Position numbers and translations under genes: made by a program
In this document: piece after piece, positions 49,315 through 59,168 of the stretch
Layout of the letters: the number at the start of each line of letters is the position of its first letter
How positions within the stretch are numbered: position 1 is the stretch's first letter
Source: a virus
Taxonomy: Duplodnaviria > Heunggongvirae > Uroviricota > Caudoviricetes
Length of the DNA stretch: 64,000 nt
Strand: one strand, 5' to 3'
Virus record (IMG/VR): IMGVR_UViG_2630968701_000002
The notes under the pieces: model-generated
Seen by the model: only the letters and a program-made list of their open reading frames with translations
Databases searched by the model: none
What the model was told of the DNA's origin: nothing

Positions 49315-49770
49315 TTAAAACTCTAAGACTTTGTTTGTGTTTGGATCAACATAAAGGTCATCTTCCAATCCCCAGTCATAAAGATAGACCATCTTTTCAT
49401 TCACTGGTAATGGATCAGCCAATGAAGATGTAATCGCATCTTTTCCTTTTAATCCTTGCTCTTCTGTTTCTTCTATAAATTTCTGAATCATATCTCCATC
49501 TAATTCATCATCATAAAAGAAATTTTCATCAAGTCCTTTTCGTTTTGAATGAAAAATATCTTCTTGACACTTTGGACAATATCCAGATTTAACAAATTCT
49601 CTCTCAAATTTGTTAAAAGATTTTAGTTTGTTCTGAATTGGTCCTTTATAGCAGCAGTAATCAGTATATTCTTTATCCTGTTGTTTACTAAGTTTCAGGT
49701 AAAAGTATCTACCACATGCTGGGCATCTTTCTCCACCGATTAATTTTACTTTTTTTGAATTTTTCTCCAT
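49315..49770 (-). CDS. Zinc-finger hypothetical protein
   Basis: CPAC...ERE...SGYCPKCQ. Confidence 0.6.
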   Translation of the reverse strand: MEKNSKKVKLIGGERCPACGRYFYLKLSKQQDKEYTDYCCYKGPIQNKLKSFNKFEREFVKSGYCPKCQEDIFHSKRKGLDENFFYDDELDGDMIQKFIEETEEQGLKGKDAITSSLADPLPVNEKMVYLYDWGLEDDLYVDPNTNKVLEF

Positions 49771-50003
49771 TTTCTTTGCCTCTTTCTCTGTATCATCATT
49801 TAATATTTACGATATAAATATGAGAGATGAGGCAATGGATAATTTTCGATATCAAAGATCTTTTATTTCGCTCAATTTCTCCCAATCTTCCTTGTTTCCG
49901 TAACGTCTTACATACTCTTTTCCTCCATCAACTGCTACTTTTTCATCGATTTCCAAATTCATATATAAGATTTCATACAAAAAAAAAGAGAGCCGAAGCC
50001 CTC

Positions 50004-51278
50004 TTAATCTGCAGTCAATACCATAATCTCACGATCGCTGCATAACTCTGAAAATCCAATTTTTTCATAAAACGATTTTAACTTTTCATCATAAGGCAAA
50101 TCTCCTGTAATACCCATTGCATGTAGGTATACAGTATTCTTTTCTCCGTCCATTTTCCATCTGGTTTCTATGGATTCTTTGATCATTTGTGATCCATATC
50201 CTTGATTTCGATATTCAGGAAGTATGAAAACATCGCTTAGTAATAAAGAAGAATCTTCTTTATAAGCTTCATGTTCTTCAACAAGAGGATCTGCATCATC
50301 CGCAATCCCAATGGAACAATATCCAATTAGTTTGTCATTATGAAAGAGCCCCCATGCAAAATCAACATTATCATCAAGCCACTGCTCCATACAGAATCCT
50401 GACATTTGATCCATCGTTTTAACCTTGGAAAGCTGGTATATTGATAATGGAGCGGCAAATGCATTTGAATGATTCTGTCTATGAATTGTAATGATATCCC
50501 ATACTTCCCATTCTAATCCATCATCAAGTATCCATTGATCGTCTTCTTCATATTGTTTCACTTCATCAGGAGATACTTCAGACAGTTTCAGATAAGTCTC
50601 TTGAAAATCATCTTTTGTAAAACTACTGCACTCTTCATGAGTCCCTGATTTTCTGATCTCAAAACGGACACCATCATATGCATGATGCCAGACACAAAAC
50701 GACATTTTATCTTTTTTCGTATGGATTGGAAAAATATAATTTACCTCAAAAGAATTCCCATAGATATAATCAATCCTTACAGCTTTATGTCCATCCTCAT
50801 GATAAAAACTATTTTCTTTAAATTGAAGATCTTCATCAGGATAATTTTCTTTCGCAAACTGATAGCAGAACTCTTTTGCTTCTGTCATGGATGAAAATGT
50901 GAAATATTGAGCTGAAGTATAATTTTCATCATCCAAGCAGCAAAGCAAATAACAATCTGGTTCTTCAAGATTGATATCATCTGTGTCCAGCCAATTGGAT
51001 TCTTGATAATGTTCTTTGCAAAATTCGATAGATGAATCAATAGGAGATTCATCATCTTCTAAAATTTCTCCTCCAAGCCCAAGAAAAGCTCCCCAGTATT
51101 CATTATGATTTTGTTTTGATTGTTTGCTGACTTCTTTTGCTTGTTCTTTTGATAGATGATAAGTACATAAAGCCCTTTTGTCATTATAAGAAAATACATA
51201 AATCTCTAATCCCGGATGATAAAGGTCATGTCCACTGTTCAAATATTCATACATTTCTTTCGCATTATTAAATCTCAT
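50004..51278 (-). CDS. Multidomain protein with C-terminal GNAT acetyltransferase
   Basis: LLSDVFILPEYRNQGYGS acetyl-CoA motif; FYEKIGF. Confidence 0.75.
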   Translation of the reverse strand: MRFNNAKEMYEYLNSGHDLYHPGLEIYVFSYNDKRALCTYHLSKEQAKEVSKQSKQNHNEYWGAFLGLGGEILEDDESPIDSSIEFCKEHYQESNWLDTDDINLEEPDCYLLCCLDDENYTSAQYFTFSSMTEAKEFCYQFAKENYPDEDLQFKENSFYHEDGHKAVRIDYIYGNSFEVNYIFPIHTKKDKMSFCVWHHAYDGVRFEIRKSGTHEECSSFTKDDFQETYLKLSEVSPDEVKQYEEDDQWILDDGLEWEVWDIITIHRQNHSNAFAAPLSIYQLSKVKTMDQMSGFCMEQWLDDNVDFAWGLFHNDKLIGYCSIGIADDADPLVEEHEAYKEDSSLLLSDVFILPEYRNQGYGSQMIKESIETRWKMDGEKNTVYLHAMGITGDLPYDEKLKSFYEKIGFSELCSDREIMVLTAD

Positions 51279-51391
51279 TTTTTTCTCCTTTTTTTCTCTA
51301 AATCGTCAATCAGTTGTTACATGATAAATATGAGAGATGAAGAAAAATATAAAAAAAAGAGAGCTTTTGCTCCCTTTGTGTAAAGATGATA

Positions 51392-51643
51392 CTATTTATT
51401 CAAATTCTTTAAAGTTTCTCTGGTTATTTCAATGATCTTAATATATTCTTTTAATTCTTTCATTAAGCAATCTTTCACAAGATTTAAAAACATTTCAGAA
51501 TTTCCATATACTTGCCATTCCTGCAAAGCTATTTTGTAATTATTTTCAGGCCCATGTTTGATAATGATTGGAGGATATCCGAATTGTTGTAACATGTAAT
51601 TCAGAACCAATCTCCCAGTTCGTCCATTCCCATCTTGAAACGG
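51392..51643 (-). pseudogene. fic: Fic-domain gene, 3' part, interrupted by IS
   Basis: PFQDGNGRTGRLVLNYMLQQFGYPP begins exactly at the IS right end. Confidence 0.8.
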
Positions 51644-51840
51644 GTCAATTGCCCCGCCCCATAAAGGGACGAGGCTTGTGACTCATCCGCAAAGTCCTAA
51701 CGTCATATCTTAAGATATGCTCCTTTGCTATATCAGATCTGATATACACACGGTACAGTGTGCCTGTGGTCACATCGCCGGACGATTGACAGCGCCCGTT
51801 TCTTTGTTCCGGCAGAAGCATGTCCGCCAGAAGATCTTAT
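51624..51840 (-). ncRNA. Predicted TnpB omega/reRNA with 3' guide CCGUUUCAAGAUGGGAAUGG
   Basis: Region from the tnpB 3' end through the right-end hairpin plus about 20 nt of flank; the 5' boundary is a guess. Confidence 0.6.
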
Positions 51841-53183
51841 CAATGTTCTTCTATTTTAAAACTAGGATACCTGTCACCAGATACATATCTCAGACCAAGC
51901 TCAAAGAGATTCATGGCTCCGACACGATCGTCATTGGAACGATATCCGCAGACATCGCAGATATATTCGTGTATTTCTCGATGCCGGTTCTCCTTGTGGA
52001 TCCTTCCGCATTTTGGACATCTTTGGGATGTATAGGCTGGGGATACTTTGATCACATCAGCGCCGATCTCTTTTGCTTTATATGTAAACAGCTGTTCCAA
52101 CTGATAAAATGCCCAGGATCGAGTCTGCCTTCTCTGTGTCTTGGATCGTTTGGAAAGATTCTCTTCTTCAAAGCTGACGCCTTTTAAATCTTCCAGAACA
52201 AACAGTGTCTCTGGTCCGTATTCTGTTACGAGTGTCTTTGTGATCTGATGGTTCACATCAGTCATCCAGCGGTTCTCTCGTCCGGAGATACGTTTTAAGG
52301 CGCGTTTTGCTGATCTGCTTCCTTTCGACTGGAGTTCAGCTCTGACATTTGCAAAAGTGTCTCGTTTTTTCATAAGATCTTTTCCATTGATAAAGTGACT
52401 TTTTTCCTGTTCATCATATGTAACGGCAAGGAAACGCAGCCCACGATCGATCCCGACAAGTTGCTCTGGATTTGTACGATCGAATGTGTCTGGTGTAGTC
52501 TTTGTCATTGGAATATGGAAATACCATCTTCCTTTCAGAGAGACAAGTTTTCCTGTCCCAAAAGACCAGGATCCGTCAAAATACGGCTGAAAGACTTCTG
52601 ATACATGGAAAGACACTTTCACTCTCTTTTTCAAGGTATTGATGGATAGTTTCGTGCCATTTTTTACAAAAGAGTAATCCCTTCCACGGACAAGATCCGC
52701 CTGAGGCCTGCGAAAATGGATCGGCCGCCATAACCATTCCAGAGTCCGATCGATGCTCTGCCATTCTCCATCTGCATCTTTGTAACGGAATGGGCGATCT
52801 GACAATTGTGTTTGAACTGTCTTATATCTCGCAATGACGGTCTTAAAGCTGGAAAGTGTCATCTGTGACTTCAATCCATAACAATCTCGAAGTTGATGAT
52901 ACATGACATTCTTCAGCTCGACAAAGTTCATTGGAAACTCATGGTCAAACATATATTGAGAGATCTCATTGCATGCTGAAGCATAACGTTCTGTTAATTC
53001 TCGAAAGAGACGATCTGCCGCTTCATCGGTATCGATCCGTAATTTCATTGTCTTGACGATCTTTCCCATAGACTTCTCCTTTCCTGTTCTACCACAAATA
53101 TGAGATTTTTCATAAGAAATATTTTTCTATAAAAAATAAAACCGCCCCATAAAGGGGCGTGGTTTCAACCGAATTAATTACTT
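51644..53183 (-). mobile_element. Non-autonomous IS200/IS605 element (tnpB only, IS1341-like), TAM TCAT, right end TGAC
   Basis: Related hairpins at both ends (CGCCCCTTTATGGGGCG; CGTCCCTTTATGGGGCG); guide tetranucleotides GAAA and CAAG predict TCAT and TGAC; excision restores a His-Pro-Phe frame. Confidence 0.88.
51840..53069 (-). CDS. tnpB: TnpB RNA-guided endonuclease
   Basis: RuvC-I VGIDRG, RuvC-II VLEDL, CPKCG/CDVCG zinc finger, RuvC-III NDDRVGAMN. Confidence 0.93.
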   Translation of the reverse strand: MGKIVKTMKLRIDTDEAADRLFRELTERYASACNEISQYMFDHEFPMNFVELKNVMYHQLRDCYGLKSQMTLSSFKTVIARYKTVQTQLSDRPFRYKDADGEWQSIDRTLEWLWRPIHFRRPQADLVRGRDYSFVKNGTKLSINTLKKRVKVSFHVSEVFQPYFDGSWSFGTGKLVSLKGRWYFHIPMTKTTPDTFDRTNPEQLVGIDRGLRFLAVTYDEQEKSHFINGKDLMKKRDTFANVRAELQSKGSRSAKRALKRISGRENRWMTDVNHQITKTLVTEYGPETLFVLEDLKGVSFEEENLSKRSKTQRRQTRSWAFYQLEQLFTYKAKEIGADVIKVSPAYTSQRCPKCGRIHKENRHREIHEYICDVCGYRSNDDRVGAMNLFELGLRYVSGDRYPSFKIEEH

Positions 53184-53213
53184 ATGAAAAGCTTTGTAAA
53201 TTCTATCTCGCAT
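53184..53213 (-). pseudogene. fic: Fic-domain gene, 5' part (MRDRIYKAFH)
   Basis: GGAGA RBS; the frame ends in TTT CAT at the IS left end and joins CCG TTT CAA. Confidence 0.65.
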
Positions 53214-53231
53214 ATCTTTCTCCATTTCTAT

Positions 53232-53708
53232 TTAATCTTCAAATCTGGCCATGCCTTCTTCTCTGATACTGAAATGCCCAACATCGCCAATGATAATGCT
53301 GTCAACCATAGGAATTCCCATTAATTTTCCAGCTTCGATCAATCTTTGTGTAGCTTGACAATCCATACTTGATGGAGAATCATCTCCTGACGGATGATTG
53401 TGGATCATAACAAACTGAGCCGCACCGCTTAGTAGTAAACGGACAAAGATTTCTCTTACTCCACACACTGATCTATCAATACTTCCATGCGATATTTCAA
53501 ATACTCCAAGTACATGATTTTTGCTTGTTAGTCCAAGAATGTATACATATTCTTCTGCTCTCATATCGAGGTGCAGCTTTTCTCTTGCAAAATCTGCAAA
53601 TTTTTGTGGACTATTGTATTTTTCTTTGACGATTACGTAATGTCCTACTTCTCTCAATACGTTTTTCTTATCGACATCTAATTCCGTTGTGTATTCTTTG
53701 ATTTTCAT
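53232..53708 (-). CDS. radC: RadC-like JAB/MPN domain protein
   Basis: EEY...REIF...HNHPSGDDSPSSMD...MVDSIIIG. Confidence 0.85.
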   Translation of the reverse strand: MKIKEYTTELDVDKKNVLREVGHYVIVKEKYNSPQKFADFAREKLHLDMRAEEYVYILGLTSKNHVLGVFEISHGSIDRSVCGVREIFVRLLLSGAAQFVMIHNHPSGDDSPSSMDCQATQRLIEAGKLMGIPMVDSIIIGDVGHFSIREEGMARFED

Positions 53709-53719
53709 AACTTTTCTCC

Positions 53720-54073
53720 TTATTTTCCATTTTCTTCTGTAAGTAACAAAAGTATAAGCTCTCGTTTTTGTTCAAATGATAACTGATAAGTATTCTTTTT
53801 GATCCAGTGATATATCTTCCAATAGTCTGTATCTGCTGTATTATCATCATGGCCATAAATTAGATAATCAGTGCTTACGTGCAGAGCATTTGCGATACTT
53901 CCAATGATTTTCCCATTCGGAGTACGATCAGAATTGATATATCGTGAAATAGCTGCTTCTGTAATTCCAACTTTTTGAGCCAATTTTCTTTGCGAAATAT
54001 TCGATGATTTTAACAATTCAGAAAGACGCTGACCAAATTCTGAACTAGAATTATTATTTTTTGCGATTACCAT
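53720..54073 (-). CDS. XRE-family transcriptional regulator
   Basis: SQRKLAQKVGITEAAISRYINSDRTP...VSTDYL. Confidence 0.9.
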   Translation of the reverse strand: MVIAKNNNSSSEFGQRLSELLKSSNISQRKLAQKVGITEAAISRYINSDRTPNGKIIGSIANALHVSTDYLIYGHDDNTADTDYWKIYHWIKKNTYQLSFEQKRELILLLLTEENGK

Positions 54074-54082
54074 TTTCTCTCC

Positions 54083-54307
54083 CTATTCGTTGATTTTTCT
54101 ACAAAGATCTTCTCCATAAATGATACTTAAGTGACTACCACTGTCCCAAGAAACCATGATGCTTCCTGCATCATCTACTCCAAATACAGTTCCTTTGGTT
54201 CCGATTGGCGGGGCTTGCTTATCATTCATTTTCACAAGCTCTACACGACATCCTTCTGGATATCTCTTTTTTAATTTTTCAACAATTTTTTCGTTTGCAT
54301 ATCTCAT
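54083..54307 (-). CDS. DUF4314-domain protein
   Basis: YPEGCRVELVKMND...GTKGTVFGVDDAGSIMVSWDSGS.L....GED. Confidence 0.85.
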   Translation of the reverse strand: MRYANEKIVEKLKKRYPEGCRVELVKMNDKQAPPIGTKGTVFGVDDAGSIMVSWDSGSHLSIIYGEDLCRKINE

Positions 54308-54321
54308 AAGTTTTCTCCTTT

Positions 54322-54747
54322 TTAATCGATAAAGACCTTGTAATCTTCGTTAATTGGAAATTGATAATCACTACTATTTGAAAAATGAAATGTTATTTGT
54401 TTCAAAACCAGTTTAATGTCATTTTCTTTTCCAATAAAGTCAGCATATGTATGAATTTCTTCAATTTTTGCGTTTTTTAACTTCTCAGCAATTACAGAAT
54501 CCGAAAAATCTTCTTCATCTTCATGTTTTGAGTAAAAAGAGATATCTTTGAATTCGGCATGAATCTCTTTAAACTCATCCTTTTTATCACTGATTGGATT
54601 AAAATGATCATCCCAATCGTATCCATCTCCATTCCAATAATTCAGTACAAGCTCTTCACCTTTCATTGTTCTGAATGTGATACTAGCGAGGGATGGATAA
54701 TCACAAACAACTGCATTTACAAGAAAATCAAGATTCATGTCAATCAT
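54322..54747 (-). CDS. Hypothetical protein, family E
   Basis: SITFRTMKGEELVLN...LKNAKIEEI resembles 57163-57609. Confidence 0.6.
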   Translation of the reverse strand: MIDMNLDFLVNAVVCDYPSLASITFRTMKGEELVLNYWNGDGYDWDDHFNPISDKKDEFKEIHAEFKDISFYSKHEDEEDFSDSVIAEKLKNAKIEEIHTYADFIGKENDIKLVLKQITFHFSNSSDYQFPINEDYKVFID

Positions 54748-55006
54748 CTTTGTTTTCTCCTTTCACAAATCCTAGCATTGCATGATTAGGAATCCCACCT
54801 TTCACAATATCTGGGTTCCAAACACCATGAATCGCATCCAGATTTTTCTTTGCATATTTCTGAATATTGTGATTCAAATATTTGAGCATTTGTTCGACTT
54901 CTTTTGGATCCTCTGTAAGGGCAATACGATTTAATTCTCCATTAATGGTGTCTCGCAAAGCATCAATTTCCTTACGCTGTTCCTGAAAAGATACATATTT
55001 TCTCAT
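54740..55006 (-). CDS. Hypothetical protein
   Basis: 88-aa ORF with RBS. Confidence 0.55.
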   Translation of the reverse strand: MRKYVSFQEQRKEIDALRDTINGELNRIALTEDPKEVEQMLKYLNHNIQKYAKKNLDAIHGVWNPDIVKGGIPNHAMLGFVKGENKDD

Positions 55007-55021
55007 AGCTTTTCTCCTTTT

Positions 55022-55621
55022 TTAAATTAAAGTAATATTTCCTGTGATGTAGTACCCAAGATCTACAGGAATTGCATCATCTTGATTGATAAGTGCTTCA
55101 TTTCCATCCTCATGGATCATTCTTGTCAGTTCGTAAATTTTATATCTACTTGCGCCTTCATCGATCAAACGATGCAATGTGTCTTCTAATGCATCTGCTG
55201 TAAATTCAGCATCCTCATCTATAATGCAGCCAAAAGTCAGACATGGATCTTCTGCAAATACATATTTCTGGATTTTTTCGCCAGATTCCAATAGATTTTC
55301 CAAATGAATGTCTACATGATCTTTTAACCATCCACAAGCTTCTAATAATCTAAAATCATGAAAAGATACCATAAATAAATCATCTTTCATTTTTATCAGA
55401 TTGCTTGCTTCTTGCAGTTCTTGAATACGAGGATCTTCTTTGTCTAGTGGAAGAAATACAGATGTATTATATTCATCACCATTTACTTCCATAAAATAAA
55501 AATCTTCGTCACAGTTCAAACACTGAAGCGGATAGTCTCTATAGGCAGACTCTGTAACTAATGTTTTCCCACATTTTGGACAAATTACTGTTGCTTTGAA
55601 TTTTAATTTACTTCTTCTCAT
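55022..55621 (-). CDS. Zinc-ribbon hypothetical protein
   Basis: CPKC...CLNC. Confidence 0.6.
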   Translation of the reverse strand: MRRSKLKFKATVICPKCGKTLVTESAYRDYPLQCLNCDEDFYFMEVNGDEYNTSVFLPLDKEDPRIQELQEASNLIKMKDDLFMVSFHDFRLLEACGWLKDHVDIHLENLLESGEKIQKYVFAEDPCLTFGCIIDEDAEFTADALEDTLHRLIDEGASRYKIYELTRMIHEDGNEALINQDDAIPVDLGYYITGNITLI

Positions 55622-55742
55622 TTTTACATTTCCTTTCTCTTATCGTCATTTATATTTGCATCTTAAATATGACGGATGGAAGAAAAGATAAAACCCATAT
55701 ATAAAAAGAGGCATTGCTGCCCCTTGAAAAGTAATTATGAAA

Positions 55743-56630
55743 TTATTTTGTAACGATATCAAATCCATCATGACAGAAATCATAATGAGATGTTAACCAT
55801 TCAGATACGTCATCTAGGAATTCATCATCATAATCCAGATCTTTAGATGGATCATATTTTGATAGATCGATATCCATGTCCAAAACATCAACTTCATCAG
55901 GAAGTTTTGCCCAGACTTTTGCATCTTCGGATGTATCCCATTTGATATTGGTAATCTTAATATTACTCCATGTTCGATCGAAATGATCTCCTGGTTCTTT
56001 CAAAAATACTTTTAGAATATCTTCATCATTTACAACGGTATGATGTTCCACAATCCAGTCACCATAAGGAACTTTTGGAAATGGAATATCGTCTACGATT
56101 CCATGCCATAAAATATTCATGGTGTTATTATCATAAACAATCACCTTTGTTAATCCACCTGCAAATGTTATAAAACTTGCAAAATTAACGGAATGAACAT
56201 CTTCTGATAATTCTCGTTCCATGTCTTTTTGATCTCGTTTGACAGTAAATCCAGCTTTCATTAATAAAAGCTGTTCTAAAGAAGCTTCTTTATCTTCGTA
56301 AGAACGATTTTTAAATTCATCGATTAACTTTTGTTTTAATATATGCTTCTTTGCGTCTTTTTCTGAAAAACATAGAACCTGTGAAATGCCAAAAAGGTTA
56401 TTTTCCAATGAAGGAATTCCAAATTCATAAACATCTTCTTTTGGCAGAAAAGTAATATGATAAGGATTTACAACGATATTTCCCTCTTCTGTGATATCAC
56501 AGATTTCTGCAGGCATGATCGTATATTTTGTTTTTTCACCATTTAGGTAAGCTGCTAATTCACTTTCTTCATGCTCTGCTGTTACAATAAATACAATTTC
56601 TCCTACATGAACATTATTTGTCATCTTCAT
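55743..56630 (-). CDS. Composite hypothetical protein, family D N-terminal part
   Basis: LCFSEKDAKKHILKQ...LEQLLLMKAG; C-terminal ITNIKWDT...LP...YDFCHDGF module. Confidence 0.65.
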   Translation of the reverse strand: MKMTNNVHVGEIVFIVTAEHEESELAAYLNGEKTKYTIMPAEICDITEEGNIVVNPYHITFLPKEDVYEFGIPSLENNLFGISQVLCFSEKDAKKHILKQKLIDEFKNRSYEDKEASLEQLLLMKAGFTVKRDQKDMERELSEDVHSVNFASFITFAGGLTKVIVYDNNTMNILWHGIVDDIPFPKVPYGDWIVEHHTVVNDEDILKVFLKEPGDHFDRTWSNIKITNIKWDTSEDAKVWAKLPDEVDVLDMDIDLSKYDPSKDLDYDDEFLDDVSEWLTSHYDFCHDGFDIVTK

Positions 56631-56644
56631 AGTTTTTCTCCTTC

Positions 56645-56893
56645 TTAATAATCTTCATCAACATATGGAAAAGCAGCATCTGTATCGATTCCATACTCTC
56701 CACATTTTTGGATGATAGTTTCCAAAATAGATTTACTGATATCGATACGTGCATCCTCATTAATCTGAGATGTATCTGCATTAGCATAATTGGAAAGAAT
56801 CGTGTTCAGAATTTCTCTGCATTCTTCTTCCATATTATCCCAGTATTCCATATTTCTTTTCTTATCACTTTTTATTCTTAAATCTAGTTTCAT
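56645..56893 (-). CDS. Hypothetical protein
   Basis: RBS AGGAGA before MKLDLR. Confidence 0.5.
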   Translation of the reverse strand: MKLDLRIKSDKKRNMEYWDNMEEECREILNTILSNYANADTSQINEDARIDISKSILETIIQKCGEYGIDTDAAFPYVDEDY

Positions 56894-56906
56894 TGTTTTC
56901 TCCTTC

Positions 56907-57146
56907 TTAATCTCCAATTGGATAATAATCTTCGTATCCATCTTCATAGATTGTTACGTCATAATATGTATCCATTCGTCTGGCAACAATTTTTCCATGA
57001 GCTTTTTCTAAAGGTGTAAGATGTGGTCTTGATGGAGTAATATATCCTTCCATAAAGCCCAAAGCGATGTCAAAATCATCTGCACCTTGTGCAATTGCCT
57101 CGTCTTCTGTGATTACAGTTCCCTCTGGTGGCTTAGTGAATCCCAT
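56907..57146 (-). CDS. Hypothetical protein
   Basis: RBS GGAGG before MGFTKP. Confidence 0.55.
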   Translation of the reverse strand: MGFTKPPEGTVITEDEAIAQGADDFDIALGFMEGYITPSRPHLTPLEKAHGKIVARRMDTYYDVTIYEDGYEDYYPIGD

Positions 57147-57162
57147 AACTTTTCGCCTCCTC

Positions 57163-57609
57163 TTATTTTTCAATAACCAATGTGAAATTTTCATCATATT
57201 TGATCGGTAAATCATACGGACTATATTTTGTCTGTCCAGATTCCTGTTTTCGAAAAACAAAACCCATTGATTTAAGGTCAAATTTAATTTCCTCAGGATC
57301 CCCTGCAAAATCCGGTATATATAACTGGATTTCTAAGATTGTTGCATCTTTTAAAGCTTTCTTTTTCTTTAAATCTGAAACTGGATTTCCTTCTTCTTCA
57401 TCATCGAAAAAGACATTCTCATAAAATGTTTCAAATTTTCTCATAGATTTTAAAATCGAATGGGGAGAATTGAATGGTTCAAAAGGCGTATAATGGCTAT
57501 ATTCCCAGTTTAAATCAATCTCTTTTCCATCTTTAGTTAAAATCGTAATATAATCGATTTGAATACATTCATCTACATTTGTTTTTGCTGTTATTGATAA
57601 ATTTGTCAT
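57163..57609 (-). CDS. Hypothetical protein, family E
   Basis: YITILTKDGKEIDLN...LKDATILEI. Confidence 0.6.
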   Translation of the reverse strand: MTNLSITAKTNVDECIQIDYITILTKDGKEIDLNWEYSHYTPFEPFNSPHSILKSMRKFETFYENVFFDDEEEGNPVSDLKKKKALKDATILEIQLYIPDFAGDPEEIKFDLKSMGFVFRKQESGQTKYSPYDLPIKYDENFTLVIEK

Positions 57610-57623
57610 AATTTTCTCCCTTT

Positions 57624-57893
57624 TTAAAATACACGAAATTCAAAAATTTTATCAAAAGACTCTTCATCTAAGCAAGGATATTGTTCACGAGTGCATTTTT
57701 TAGCTTCTTCCAATGAAATGTCATAATAATCAGCGACTAGGGCTGGACACTTAATCTCTACCCATGTACTTTCATATTCATGACTTTCATAGTCATTTTT
57801 TGTCTTTCGTTTCAATGGGCTTCCAGAAACCTGTGCCTGTGCATCCCTAATATACGCAGGTCGAATAAATACTAAAATTTCTTTTTCTTTCAT
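57624..57893 (-). CDS. Hypothetical protein
   Basis: First ORF after a promoter motif. Confidence 0.55.
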   Translation of the reverse strand: MKEKEILVFIRPAYIRDAQAQVSGSPLKRKTKNDYESHEYESTWVEIKCPALVADYYDISLEEAKKCTREQYPCLDEESFDKIFEFRVF

Positions 57894-58017
57894 AATTTGT
57901 TTTCCTTTCTCTCAATCGTCATTAAAATGTTTCAATGTAAATATGAAAGATGAAAGGAAAGATAAAAATCATATATAAAAAAGAGACCTTTCGGTCTCTC
58001 TTAAAATTTTCTCCATA

Positions 58018-58320
58018 CTACATGTACAGTGAATACAAAGGATCATCATTGACCCAAACTTGAATCCAACCATTACAGTAAACAGTAATTCTTATGATTT
58101 GCTTTTCATTTGTATAAAACTGAAATTTATGGTTGCCATCATGTTTTTCGCTAATACATTCATTTGTTGAAATCCCAAGAATCTTTAGCAATTCAGCTGC
58201 TGTATCTGCATTACATTTTTTGAAAATGCAAGGGGATGGCTGGTTTTCTTTGATCAGCTGATCAATGTACTTGTTCAGTTCCATAATATTTTCTTCTTTG
58301 ATTTCAATTGATTTTGTCAT
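58018..58320 (-). CDS. Hypothetical protein, family F
   Basis: HKFQFYT...IRITVYCNGWIQV shared with the next gene. Confidence 0.6.
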   Translation of the reverse strand: MTKSIEIKEENIMELNKYIDQLIKENQPSPCIFKKCNADTAAELLKILGISTNECISEKHDGNHKFQFYTNEKQIIRITVYCNGWIQVWVNDDPLYSLYM

Positions 58321-58398
58321 GATTTTTTCTCCTTTTCTCTCTAAATCGTCATCTATTTTACAAAACAAATATGAGAGATGAAGGAAAAGATAAAAGTA

Positions 58399-58698
58399 TC
58401 AGAATATTAGCTGAAATACACATTCCTCATTCATAAGAATTTGGATATTTCCGTTGTAGAACAAAGAAAGTTTGATAATATCTTCTTTATTGTCTGCTGT
58501 TAGGAATTCAAATTGATGGATCTGAGATTCTGGATCATGTTCTTCTTTTGTGCATGTGTCTGCCTGTATATCGATCATGGCTAGCATCTTTTTGGCTTCA
58601 TTGATATCGCACATTTCAAAAATATTTGTTTCTGGATGTTTTTCATTTTTCAGATCAATGATGTATTTTGTAAGTGCTGGCATTTGAAATTCTTTCAT
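58399..58698 (-). CDS. Hypothetical protein, family F
   Basis: HQFEFLT...IKLSLFYNGNIQI. Confidence 0.6.
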   Translation of the reverse strand: MKEFQMPALTKYIIDLKNEKHPETNIFEMCDINEAKKMLAMIDIQADTCTKEEHDPESQIHQFEFLTADNKEDIIKLSLFYNGNIQILMNEECVFQLIF

Positions 58699-58799
58699 AG
58701 TTTGTCTCCTTTGGTGTGCTTTTTTTTATTATACCCCATTTTTTCTTTGAAACAAAAGAAAAAGAGCTACAAAAAAATGACTCTTTTGAAAATTAGAAT

Positions 58800-59003
58800 C
58801 TAATTGAGAAGAATGTAACGCAAAATCTCTCCGCTTTTGATCTTCTGATCCATATCATGTAATGCTTCTTCTTCAGATGCAAAACGGCATGGACAGATAT
58901 GTCCTTTTGTTAAGTTCACATAGGAGTATGTATGATCTGATTTATTGCTCAAAATGGTTACAATAACATTACCATTTGGGCGTTCTACAAGATACTGTTT
59001 CAT
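58800..59003 (-). CDS. Small phage/plasmid-type hypothetical protein
   Basis: YSYVNLTKGHICPCRF.SEEEAL.DM. Confidence 0.55.
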   Translation of the reverse strand: MKQYLVERPNGNVIVTILSNKSDHTYSYVNLTKGHICPCRFASEEEALHDMDQKIKSGEILRYILLN

Positions 59004-59168
59004 GTTGATCAATCCTTTCTGGTTATGACGTCAGACATGACATTCATGAATTTTTGATATAGATTTGTATTCTGGATACTGTTTTCAATAGGGTCAATGC
59101 CCGTGGCAGATGCTGCAAATCTACATTGCGTGGCAATTTCTATTACATGTTTTTCGGCTTTCTTCTTT

